64,000 nucleotides of DNA. Source: Promethearchaeota archaeon (GTDB lineage: Archaea; Asgardarchaeota; Thorarchaeia; Thorarchaeales; Thorarchaeaceae). The DNA is taken from positions 128,001 through 192,000 of the forward strand of contig WJMJ01000078.1 in assembly GCA_014728035.1 (NCBI GenBank), given 5' to 3'. Positions 48,112-57,214 of this stretch are shown here, one piece after another. Under the pieces are notes generated by a model. That model was given only the letters and a program-made list of their open reading frames with translations, was not told the origin of the DNA and made no database searches. Made by a program: the position numbers and the translations under genes. Every line of letters starts with the position of its first letter. Positions within the stretch are counted from its first letter, which is position 1.

Positions 48112-48864
48112 TTACATGGGATTCTGACCACTCTCAGATTCATCACGAGCTCGTAATCCAGGGAACCAATATCGCCCACCTGTGGAAAATCTTCGATCGG
48201 CTACGGCCATCCCGGCTTCAACTAAACTGCCAAGTACTTGTCTAGCATGGTCTTCTGACCACTTTAGACGCATCATAACTTCTTCAATTGATGTGAATCC
48301 TTTAGAAGCAGCTAGGTTTATCACGTCCGATTGGTCTCTTCGTAATTCAAGCGGCCTAAGCTCTACAACTTTCACTCCACATCTCAATGTACGGATTCCA
48401 GGAATAAGACCATGTTCAGCAACCATATTCACAGCTTGAATTACATCATTGTATGAAACTGATTTCAACTGAGGAATCTTTCGAACGACTTCAACAATAA
48501 GCTCAGCGAGCCCCATTAGACCTTTTGATGAATTTGCAGTTGCAACATCTAATACAGCAAGTCCAATAAAATCATAGTATTCTTCTTCCGACATTCCTTC
48601 GGGCAAGGTACTCTGAATAGAGGATACGTTAAGCATTCTTAGAGCCTCTGGAAAATCTCGAGAGAGCATTTCACCATCAAGAAATGATTGAATGTCAACT
48701 CCAAATTGTCTAAGCTCTTTTATGTAATTCCGAACTTCGTAAACGAGTGCTTCTGACTCTCTCTGATATGACCTGATGTCGACAACGCCATGATCGAACA
48801 TCTTTTTGAGTTGGTCGAGTGTTGCTATTGAGGCGTATAGCTCAGATTGAAGTCGATTCTGCAT
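48112..48864 (-). CDS. vps22: ESCRT-II Vps22/EAP30 homolog with a Vps28-like N-terminal module
   Basis: Tandem winged helices (ELRRDQSDVINLA..KGF...LKWSEDHARQVL..LV..G....D.....YWFPG); N-terminus ELYASIATLDQLKK...DFPEALRML resembles Vps28-N. Confidence 0.8.
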   Translation of the reverse strand: MQNRLQSELYASIATLDQLKKMFDHGVVDIRSYQRESEALVYEVRNYIKELRQFGVDIQSFLDGEMLSRDFPEALRMLNVSSIQSTLPEGMSEEEYYDFIGLAVLDVATANSSKGLMGLAELIVEVVRKIPQLKSVSYNDVIQAVNMVAEHGLIPGIRTLRCGVKVVELRPLELRRDQSDVINLAASKGFTSIEEVMMRLKWSEDHARQVLGSLVEAGMAVADRRFSTGGRYWFPGLRARDESESGQNPM

Positions 48865-49311
48865 TAGCCATTATCCGTCCATAGAGAGTATACTATTCAC
48901 TCGTCAGATAAGTTTCACAGGTAAAATGAGCCTTTAAGACCAAGTATTATACTCTTGATAGTCTTTAATTCCTAGACTATCATCTGCGCCGGAAATTGAA
49001 CGTGGAAAAGCATATAGACTGCGCGCAACTCATAACCATGATTTAATCTCATTCCTATTGCTCATTCTCTCAACTCGAATCCAATTCGGAATAATCCACA
49101 TTGCTTCTTTGGTATGGCGTTAATTGTCACAAATTGAGACTATATTGAAGGTCCTAAATTTGTCCTTCGCTATACATATTGAGCCTGACATATCCCCTCA
49201 TTTTATTTTCGTTCTGATAGAATCATCAGTCAGTAACAATACAACCAGTCCACATAACCAATCAAAAGTAATAACAAACTTGTTTCAGTATGTCCACCAG
49301 TTATACCAAAA

Positions 49312-49443
49312 TCAAATATCGAAAGTCATCTGTGGTACTCCATGAAACATGACTGCAACACCTCCAATAATAACAAATCAGCTATTCTCATCTCCAAAGT
49401 AGTCCGATATGATGGAAAGGATTTCTTCTTTCTTCGATTTCAT
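49312..49443 (-). pseudogene. Remnant of a minimal nucleotidyltransferase (DUF6036/MNT-like)
   Basis: MKSKKEEILSIISDYFGDENS*FVIIGGVAVMFHGVPQMTFDI, then a stop or 1-nt shift that would restore DID; in-frame TGA at 49378-49380. Confidence 0.65.
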
Positions 49444-49778
49444 TATATTCCCAGCTCCTTTCGAGGCTGTATTAAGTTGGAATGCGAATGCTTCAAACAT
49501 TGCTCTAGTGTCTGATTCGGCAGGATTTGAAACCGTTTACAACGCCCGCAACCCCTGTAGAGCAGTCTGAATAATATTTGGAAGGGGAAATGTTAGTCAA
49601 GTAGATATCTGAAGAATTGGATATTTCCCATCTGATCCGGTTCGAGAAATAAATATTGGATAATGCACGAAACTCTAGAAAACATTTATAGGTATGGAAT
49701 AAACTGCACGCATAATTTTGACGAGTTACAAAGTCAAGATGAGAGAAAAACACTAGAAATAGTGTTGGAGGATATGAT

Positions 49779-50903
49779 ATGTATAGTCGATACCAAATTA
49801 TGGTAATCTCTATCTGTCTTGCTCTTGCCGCGCCAGGGTTTGTGACGGCGTTTGCTACGCCGATTGCAAATCCTATTGTTGTTACTTTTCAAGACACACA
49901 TGCGGAGAGAGCTGCATTGGATACATTCCAAGGAGAAATATCTAATGCAATAACTGTAGAATATGGAAGCATCCAATATAACCTAATGAAAATGCGATCC
50001 ATTGGACCAATGGTCTTTATTGGGCATGGAAATGACAATGGAATCGAGGATAAAGCTGGAGTTGTATCAGCAGAGCAGATGCAGACTGAAATTCAGACTA
50101 CAGCGGCACCTCAAATATTTCTTCTAGCCTGTGATTCAGATGAAATTGCATCAATGGATAAGTCGGGTAGAACACATGGATATAACTACATGGTAGATGC
50201 AGAGCTAGCTGCATATGATGCGGTCATTCGAATCAAACTATTCTATGGACAGATTGAATCAGCTATAGACACATTCAACACATTCAGAGAAGTTCTTACA
50301 AGCAAATTCACCGGAGAACGAGAGATTCTTTGGATGGGGCTATCTATGCTGGATCCAGGTGATCCTACTGGTGGAGGTACACCTGAACCCGTATTTAGCA
50401 CACGAGAAAAACTCAATGCGATTAGAGTCTTTGTTTTAGGTTGTGTTTTTGCACTGATTGGTTTTGGAATCGAGGTAGCAAAAGACAAACTAATCGAAGC
50501 AGTAACAATTGAGTGTGCAGGAATTACAATGCAATCCAGTAAACTTGTGCAAGTCTTCAATTATGTGAACGACTATGGTATTGGTACACTTGGACAAGCA
50601 GTGAATGGTATCTATGGTGGTTGGGGCGATATGGCAACCGACTGGTTAGATACATCAGTGAATTGTCTGAAAACATGGACTGACAGAATGACTGCTGGTG
50701 AATGGGCAGCTTTCATTGCAATTATTGCATTAGAAATCGTTGTTGTAATTCTCACAGCCGGTTCAGAAGCATGGGTCAGACTTGTTGCAGGTATCGGGTT
50801 TGCTGCACTTGAAGCTGCCACAATAGCCATCTGTGATGCACACGATTCAAACTATTATCCAGCTTCAACTTTGATGGATGCCATCTCTGGTTGGGACACA
50901 TAA
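49779..50903 (+). CDS. Secreted caspase/CHAT-like (clan CD) protease fused to a hydrophobic C-terminal domain
   Basis: Signal peptide ending AFA; VFIGHG (H83) and IFLLACDS (C118) dyad; PGDPTGGGTPEP linker; C-terminal hydrophobic helices. Confidence 0.6.
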   Translation: MYSRYQIMVISICLALAAPGFVTAFATPIANPIVVTFQDTHAERAALDTFQGEISNAITVEYGSIQYNLMKMRSIGPMVFIGHGNDNGIEDKAGVVSAEQMQTEIQTTAAPQIFLLACDSDEIASMDKSGRTHGYNYMVDAELAAYDAVIRIKLFYGQIESAIDTFNTFREVLTSKFTGEREILWMGLSMLDPGDPTGGGTPEPVFSTREKLNAIRVFVLGCVFALIGFGIEVAKDKLIEAVTIECAGITMQSSKLVQVFNYVNDYGIGTLGQAVNGIYGGWGDMATDWLDTSVNCLKTWTDRMTAGEWAAFIAIIALEIVVVILTAGSEAWVRLVAGIGFAALEAATIAICDAHDSNYYPASTLMDAISGWDT

Positions 50904-50912
50904 AATTTTGAG

Positions 50913-50934
50913 AATCGGGGTGCATCCCCCGATT
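50913..50934. terminator. Hairpin between convergent genes
   Basis: AATCGGGG-TGCATC-CCCCGATT followed by a T-rich tract. Confidence 0.55.
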
Positions 50935-50952
50935 TCATTTCTTTTTTGAAAG

Positions 50953-52269
50953 CTATGGAGTGATTCTATCTCTATCACGGGGGAGTAGTGTTGCTTCACG
51001 AATATTATCAATTCCTAACAACTGCATGGTAAGTCGTTCTACACCAAGACCTAATCCACCATGAGGTGGTGCCCCATATTTGAAAGGTTCCAGATAAAAG
51101 CCAAAATTATCAACATTGTATCCTTTAGCCTTGAATCGGTCCACTAGTAAATCATAGAGATGAATTCGTTGACCTCCAGTTGTAATTTCCATTCCCTTGT
51201 AGGTTAAATCAAAGCTTTCTGTCATGCCCTCATCAGTAGTACTAGGCATTGTGTAGGCGGGTCGTAACTCTAGGGGATAATGGGTTATGAATACCATATC
51301 AGTTCCGAATTTTTCGGGAAATACTTCTCCAAGAATCTTCTCACTCTCAGGGTCAAGGTCATCAGTAATGCTTAGGTCTTTCCCTTCCTGATTCACCAAA
51401 TCGATAGCCTCAGCATATTTTATCCGTTTGAAGGGCACATCAGGGACTTCAAGATTTACACCCAAGGTTTCCAAGGCAGAAGCTAGTAATTCTTTGGTCT
51501 TCATAAATGTATAATGGAGCATGTTTTCCTCCATCCGCATTACATCTTCAACACCACTAATCCAAGACATCTCAAAGTCAAAGGAAGTGTACTCATTTAT
51601 GTGACGACGGGTGTTATGCTTCTCAGCTCGGAAAACAGGTGCAATCTCAAAGACTCTACCAAAGCCAGCAAGAAGCATCAATTGTTTGTAAAATTGTGGA
51701 CTCTGGGCTAGATACGCAGGTCTGTCAAAATACTTGACTTCAAAGAGGTTTGCTCCACCCTCAGTAGCCTCTGCGACAATTTTAGGTGTATGAATCTCTA
51801 CAAACTCATGCTTCTCCAGATATTCTCGTGCAAAACGTACAAGCGAATGTTGTATCCGAAAGATTGCATTTATGGTAGGCTTTCTCAGGTCAAGAATTCG
51901 AAAGTTCAAACGTGTATCAAGGTCAATATCCACCTTTCCTTCTACCACATCAATAGGTAACCTTTCAGCAGTATTGAGAATGCGAATAGAAGTAGGGATA
52001 ACCTCAGCTCCAGCAGCGACTTGTTTTGCTTCCACAACTTCCCCAGCTACGGAAACTGCATATTCAGGTTTGAGTTGTTCTGCTATCTGAAACAGCTCTG
52101 CAGGAACCTTCTTCTGATGTATGAAAATCTGGCATGTACTACGTTCGTCTCTAAGAATGAGAAACTTGAGCTTTCCTTTATCTCTAAGAATGTGAACCCA
52201 ACCCATCAATGTGACTTTTTCGCCAATATTGTCGGGATTAATCTCGGATGTGAAATGTGTTCTGCGCAT
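50953..52269 (-). CDS. aspS: Aspartate--tRNA ligase, archaeal type, probably non-discriminating
   Basis: OB fold [40 protein letters not shown]. Confidence 0.93.
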   Translation of the reverse strand: MRRTHFTSEINPDNIGEKVTLMGWVHILRDKGKLKFLILRDERSTCQIFIHQKKVPAELFQIAEQLKPEYAVSVAGEVVEAKQVAAGAEVIPTSIRILNTAERLPIDVVEGKVDIDLDTRLNFRILDLRKPTINAIFRIQHSLVRFAREYLEKHEFVEIHTPKIVAEATEGGANLFEVKYFDRPAYLAQSPQFYKQLMLLAGFGRVFEIAPVFRAEKHNTRRHINEYTSFDFEMSWISGVEDVMRMEENMLHYTFMKTKELLASALETLGVNLEVPDVPFKRIKYAEAIDLVNQEGKDLSITDDLDPESEKILGEVFPEKFGTDMVFITHYPLELRPAYTMPSTTDEGMTESFDLTYKGMEITTGGQRIHLYDLLVDRFKAKGYNVDNFGFYLEPFKYGAPPHGGLGLGVERLTMQLLGIDNIREATLLPRDRDRITP

Positions 52270-52450
52270 GTCTCCAATAGGCACAACACCTGCATTTGTG
52301 TAGAAGTCCATAGTAATTGCCTCGGAACTAAACTTTTACACGATTTGATTACATTAAGAGGCTTTTGGATTATCAACAAGTTATTCGTCAACAGTCAACT
52401 TATCTGTCAAAAAGCCATAGCAAACTGGTGCCTAAACTACTACCGGAAAA

Positions 52451-54658
52451 ATGATGGGACCATCAAAAATGACAACCATTCATGTTCTTATAATTGACGA
52501 TGATGATGATTTACTAGAAATTTCAAAGAGGTTCGTTAATAAAATAGATGACACTATTGAGATTACTACAGTTAACTCGGGGAAAAGAGGACTTGAAATT
52601 TTAGCTAGCATGTATTTTGATGTAGTTGTATGCGATTTTCAAATGGAAAAGATGAACGGACTTGATGTATTGAAGACCATTCGAGAACAGCAAAACCAGA
52701 TCCCATTCATCATGTTTACTGGCCACAGTCACGAGCAGATAGCTATTCAAGCATTGAATTTAGGAGCAACAAATTACCTCACAAAAACTGGAAACCCCAA
52801 GACATTGTATACTGAACTAGTTCATCTCATAAGAAGAGCTGTGGAACATGACAGAACGGAAAGAGCACTTAGAGAAAGTGAGGAACTGTATAGAAGCCTA
52901 GTTGAAGCTTCACCTGATGCGGTCTTCGTTTTCAATCTTGAAGGAAAAATATTACGATTGAATCAGCAGGCGAAAAGATTACTTGGAATAGAGAATATTG
53001 AGGAGATAATTGGTAAAGACTATCGATACTGGTTAGTAGGGAAACAAGCAAAGACAGCGAATATTGAATTTGAGAAACTTGTAAGAGGAGAAGCATTGAG
53101 TCAGCGTGAATACAAGTTCACACTAGAGAATGGAGAACCAATAACTGTAGAGGCACATTCAACTAGTTTGAAAAATAGCCACGGTGAACCTGTAGGGATA
53201 CTGGCAGTTGTAAGAGATATAACTAGGAGAAACGCAATTGAGGAAGAGATTCGCATAAGTGAGGAAAGACTTCGGTCACTAGCCAATAACATTGATAGTG
53301 CAATTTGGCTTAGCAGTCCATCCAATCCTTCTAAAATAATCTACCTCAATCCAGGATTTGAACAGATCTGGGAAGTTCCAGTAGAACACGCACTCCAGAA
53401 CCCAGAAGTTTTCACAGAATCCATCCATCCAGAAGATAAAGCAAGAGTTGAAACAGCTATTGCTGATTTTGTGAGAGAGCAAATAGACTATAATCTTCAA
53501 TATCGAATCTTGACAGGCCAAGGAGAATTGAAATGGATCTGGGCAAAAGGATTTTTTATCCTCGGGAAAGAGAAAGGAGTTCGACAATTTGGAGGTATAG
53601 CTCAAGATATCACCGAGTGGAAAAAAACTCAAAAAGCTCTAGAGGAGTCCCTAACACAATTTGACCGTTTATTTGCTGCGTCTATCAATGGCGTCGCTCT
53701 ATGTGATACTAGTGGAATATTGAAGCAGGCTAATTCCGCAATTCTGGATATGCTTGGATACGAACATAATGAGCTAATTGGTAAGAACATCTCCGAGTTC
53801 ACCGTTCAAGAATATCATGAAGATTTCTTTAGAACACTTTCAGAAATGAGAATCGATACACAGATTAGAAGCTTGAAATATGAATATTATCACAAGAATG
53901 GGACAAGAATTCCAGTTTCACTAAATATTTGGACAAATATTGACCAGAATGATGAGATAATTGGTTACTGGATAATCATACGAGATATCAGTAAGCAAAA
54001 GGATATGATTGAAAAATTAAGTGAATCGAAAGAGAAGTACCGAAGAGAACGAGAGAGATTGAGTGAGCTAGCTCATCACATGCGTCATGATTTAGTGGCG
54101 GGATTACAAAATATTGAAGCATTTAGTGAGCTGATCAAGGATAATATGGACTTCAAGTTAATTGATAGAATTCGCGAGAACGCGCGACAAATGAGAAAAG
54201 TGCTTGACAGGTCTGTGGAACTAGCTGATGCTGGATTGGTTATTGGCAAAATGCAACAGACAGATATGGCAAAATTAGTTGATGAAGTAGCTTATCGTGT
54301 AATTCCAGAGAATGTTACAGTTGAACATAAAAACTTACCAATTGTGAAATGTGATAGAGAGAAAATAGAACAGGTACTTCATAATATCTTGACCAACGCT
54401 ATTCAACATGGAAAAGCAAAGACAATCGTGGTATTTTCTCAGGAATTAGAAAGTGAATTACAGATTGTTATAAGAAATGATGGAGAATCAATCCCTGATA
54501 AAATCAGAAAACAGATATTTCGAGGAGACTACTTTCTTAGGACATCTGAAAGCTTAGGTATGCAGATTGTAAGAAGAATCATTGAAGCACATGGTTGGTC
54601 AATCACATTAGATGAAGGAGAACCAGTTTCATTTAGGATTAGTATACCAAGAAAATAA
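52451..54658 (+). CDS. Hybrid receiver / three-PAS / histidine kinase
   Basis: REC (IIDDD, CDFQM, FTG, YLTK), three PAS/PAC units, H-box RHDL, N-box LTNAIQHG, NDGESIP. Confidence 0.9.
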   Translation: MMGPSKMTTIHVLIIDDDDDLLEISKRFVNKIDDTIEITTVNSGKRGLEILASMYFDVVVCDFQMEKMNGLDVLKTIREQQNQIPFIMFTGHSHEQIAIQALNLGATNYLTKTGNPKTLYTELVHLIRRAVEHDRTERALRESEELYRSLVEASPDAVFVFNLEGKILRLNQQAKRLLGIENIEEIIGKDYRYWLVGKQAKTANIEFEKLVRGEALSQREYKFTLENGEPITVEAHSTSLKNSHGEPVGILAVVRDITRRNAIEEEIRISEERLRSLANNIDSAIWLSSPSNPSKIIYLNPGFEQIWEVPVEHALQNPEVFTESIHPEDKARVETAIADFVREQIDYNLQYRILTGQGELKWIWAKGFFILGKEKGVRQFGGIAQDITEWKKTQKALEESLTQFDRLFAASINGVALCDTSGILKQANSAILDMLGYEHNELIGKNISEFTVQEYHEDFFRTLSEMRIDTQIRSLKYEYYHKNGTRIPVSLNIWTNIDQNDEIIGYWIIIRDISKQKDMIEKLSESKEKYRRERERLSELAHHMRHDLVAGLQNIEAFSELIKDNMDFKLIDRIRENARQMRKVLDRSVELADAGLVIGKMQQTDMAKLVDEVAYRVIPENVTVEHKNLPIVKCDREKIEQVLHNILTNAIQHGKAKTIVVFSQELESELQIVIRNDGESIPDKIRKQIFRGDYFLRTSESLGMQIVRRIIEAHGWSITLDEGEPVSFRISIPRK

Positions 54659-54664
54659 ACTGGT

Positions 54665-54695
54665 GTAGGTTCCGTTTCTGAGATACAGAACCTAC
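54665..54695. terminator. Hairpin between convergent genes
   Basis: GTAGGTTC ... GAACCTAC. Confidence 0.45.
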
Positions 54696-54708
54696 TATTG
54701 ATTTTGAA

Positions 54709-55005
54709 TTACATAGGAGCCGACACTAATTCATATACACGCTCTCGTCTGTCATCATCACTCTCTTCTTCTCGAATAAGTCCCAAATCGCGCAGTCGGC
54801 TCAAGCCATAATTTACAGTTCTTGGCGGTAGAAAAGTAAGATCAATTAGATCTTGCCTAGACAAGCGATGTCTATTCTTGAGAAGAACATACAGAAACTT
54901 TGCAGACGGAGGTAGTGCTAAGAATGAGCGCCTGGCAAACACGATCCCACCTAAGAATTGTTGCCAAAGATTTTGTACCTCCTTTTGCTTACGATATTCA
55001 ATCAA
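54709..55005 (-). CDS. Small MarR-like winged-helix regulator
   Basis: LPPSAKFLY..L, LPPRTVNYGLSRL, DRRERVYEL. Confidence 0.8.
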   Translation of the reverse strand: MIEYRKQKEVQNLWQQFLGGIVFARRSFLALPPSAKFLYVLLKNRHRLSRQDLIDLTFLPPRTVNYGLSRLRDLGLIREEESDDDRRERVYELVSAPM

Positions 55006-55123
55006 TGTTCAACCTGTAAAAAACTTGTTGATTCCAGCTTACAGGTCTACACTAATAACTCTGATAAGAGATTTTCATCTAAGCAAATCGTACAAACAGA
55101 TGAAACTGAAAATCTCGATTTAG

Positions 55124-56395
55124 ATGAGTTATAGAGAATATGAGTTGAATGATTTGGTCAGCACAAATATTGAAGCAATTCTAATAATTGAAAGAGGCTC
55201 AGGTTTACCATTACTTCTTCAAAAGCTGGACCCTAGAGTAATTGAGATTGATCCCGCGTTAGTATCCGGATTTCTATTTGCAATTCAAGCTTTCTCTGCA
55301 GAAGTAATGGAAAAAGGCTCAACCGAGTTTCAGATAAACTATGGGAAAAAACTATTCACAGTCATTGTTGGGGAGAGTGCAATGGTTGTAGCTATTAACT
55401 CAGGAGGATGGAGTGATGAAGTCACCCCCATTGTAACTGATCTTCTTGATGAATTTGAGAGGGACTGGTATCTTGGGATTGAGATGCATGGTGGGGATCA
55501 AATCTATGATGATTTTAAGCCGAGAATCATTGAAAGATTGGGCTTGCAAAATGTTTCATTGGATTGGATTCCATACTTTAAGACAAATGATGTTTCAACA
55601 GAACAGGCAGTGCATGTTCAAGACCATATAAATGGCGAACTGGCAATTGGAGAGATACTCAAGAGATGTGAATCTAACGATGATGAAGTATTGATGGAAA
55701 TATCAAGGCTTTGGGCCAATGGCGATATTGGATTCAAAAATACCTTAGAGCGTTGTGATATTGTAATTCCAACTCAGAAGCTTTTCAGATATATTCAATC
55801 ACACACTCAAGAGCGAGAGGAATTGAAACAATTTTCCTCAAAGTTAGTACAGATTCTTCCAAGAGTCATTCAACATTTTGATGGAAAATCCACCATAGAC
55901 CAAATACTTCAAGGTCAGCCAAATCACCTCTATGAGCTATTAGATTTTCTACTAAGTAAGAGAGCCCTAGAGATATTATCAGCAGAAAAGAAACGAATTC
56001 TACTAGCTAAAGAATTACTTGAGAGATGTCTTGATGTAGCTGAAGATGTATACTCTAAACAGGAGGCAAGATTATCTCTTGAAAGAGCACTTGACCACAT
56101 TGAAGAACCAGAGATAATTACGCAAGTACATCTAGTGGAAGACAATGAGTGGAAAATTGACTACGGATTCTTGGTGTATGATGGATTAACACCCAAAAGA
56201 GTGATGGAAATCCACGCAATATGGTTAAAGCTTCTAAAACAATATGTAAAAGAGTTGCCAAACAAGAAGAAATCGAAATATATTGAAGAACTTGTTTCCA
56301 CACTACAAATCGAGTTTTTTGACAGATATGCATCGGATGAGCTTGAAGGTGTGGTCGAGTTTTCATTTAGTCTAGAAGCACATCTAGAACAATAA
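55124..56395 (+). CDS. Longin plus tandem winged-helix protein, NPRL2/NPRL3 (GATOR1)-like
   Basis: Longin (ILIIERGSGLPLL...LVSGFLFAIQAF); WIPYF...HINGELAIGEI...ISRLWANGDI...IPTQK parallels the NPRL2 segment after its longin; second unit HFDGKSTIDQI. Confidence 0.6.
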   Translation: MSYREYELNDLVSTNIEAILIIERGSGLPLLLQKLDPRVIEIDPALVSGFLFAIQAFSAEVMEKGSTEFQINYGKKLFTVIVGESAMVVAINSGGWSDEVTPIVTDLLDEFERDWYLGIEMHGGDQIYDDFKPRIIERLGLQNVSLDWIPYFKTNDVSTEQAVHVQDHINGELAIGEILKRCESNDDEVLMEISRLWANGDIGFKNTLERCDIVIPTQKLFRYIQSHTQEREELKQFSSKLVQILPRVIQHFDGKSTIDQILQGQPNHLYELLDFLLSKRALEILSAEKKRILLAKELLERCLDVAEDVYSKQEARLSLERALDHIEEPEIITQVHLVEDNEWKIDYGFLVYDGLTPKRVMEIHAIWLKLLKQYVKELPNKKKSKYIEELVSTLQIEFFDRYASDELEGVVEFSFSLEAHLEQ

Positions 56396-56479
56396 TCGGG
56401 CAAACAGTATATCACAATGAAAATTATATCCTCTTTCATATTGTAACAATTTGCTGGGGACTATCAGAGAGGTGTCCAA

Positions 56480-57214
56480 ATGCCTGAAATTAATCCTGAA
56501 AAAGCTGTTGAAGTTAAACCCGGGGTTTGGTGGGTCGGATGGCCAGACCATGAAGCGGGCTTTTCCAATAATCCATACTTAATTCTCGAAGGAGAAGAAG
56601 CAATACTTCTCGATCCAGGTTCACGTCTGGATATTCATTGGAATTGGGTGAAAACAAAAATCGAATCGATCATACCGATTGAGAAAATTACAATGGTAAT
56701 TGTGCATCATCAAGATCCAGACCTATGTGCTGCAATACCACTTGTAGAAGAAATTGTAGGCGTGAATAATTTCGAGATTGTAACTACCGAGAGATCTGCA
56801 CTCTTCGTACCATACTACGGAGTGAAGACAGAAGTTACTGCTGTTTCGGATGGTGAAAGTATTGAGATTGGAGAAGAGGGACGCGAGCTATTCTTCATTA
56901 CCACACCGTATCTGCATTTTCCTGGAGCAATGGTCACGTATGACACAAAAGAAAAGATTCTGTTCTCCTCAGATATATTCGCAGGATTTTCCATTGATTG
57001 GTCACTATATGCTAACGAGTATTATCTTGAGGCAATGAAAGTCTTTTCTCAACCATATCTATCAGACCAAAGACATGTACATAATTTTCTAAGAAAGATA
57101 GAAGGACTGGAACTCGAGATGATTTGTCCGCAACATGGATCAATCATTCCAAAAGAGCAAATCGACCAAGCGGTCGAAACTCTCAGAAACTTGGAGGTGG
57201 GAATATGGCAGTGA
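56480..57214 (+). CDS. Oxygen-binding di-iron protein (ODP)-like, MBL fold, no flavodoxin domain
   Basis: NPYLI..DPG, HHQDPD, YLHFPG, FSSDIF, ICPQHG; 244 aa. Confidence 0.8.
   Translation: MPEINPEKAVEVKPGVWWVGWPDHEAGFSNNPYLILEGEEAILLDPGSRLDIHWNWVKTKIESIIPIEKITMVIVHHQDPDLCAAIPLVEEIVGVNNFEIVTTERSALFVPYYGVKTEVTAVSDGESIEIGEEGRELFFITTPYLHFPGAMVTYDTKEKILFSSDIFAGFSIDWSLYANEYYLEAMKVFSQPYLSDQRHVHNFLRKIEGLELEMICPQHGSIIPKEQIDQAVETLRNLEVGIWQ

Noticed and set aside
49378-49380. In-frame TGA as selenocysteine readthrough
   Set aside because: Not a Cys-equivalent position, and further stops and a frameshift indicate decay
56480-57214. FprA flavodiiron O2/NO reductase or beta-lactamase
   Set aside because: No flavodoxin domain, and HQDPD/PQHG motifs fit ODP rather than the HxExDH or HxHxDH families
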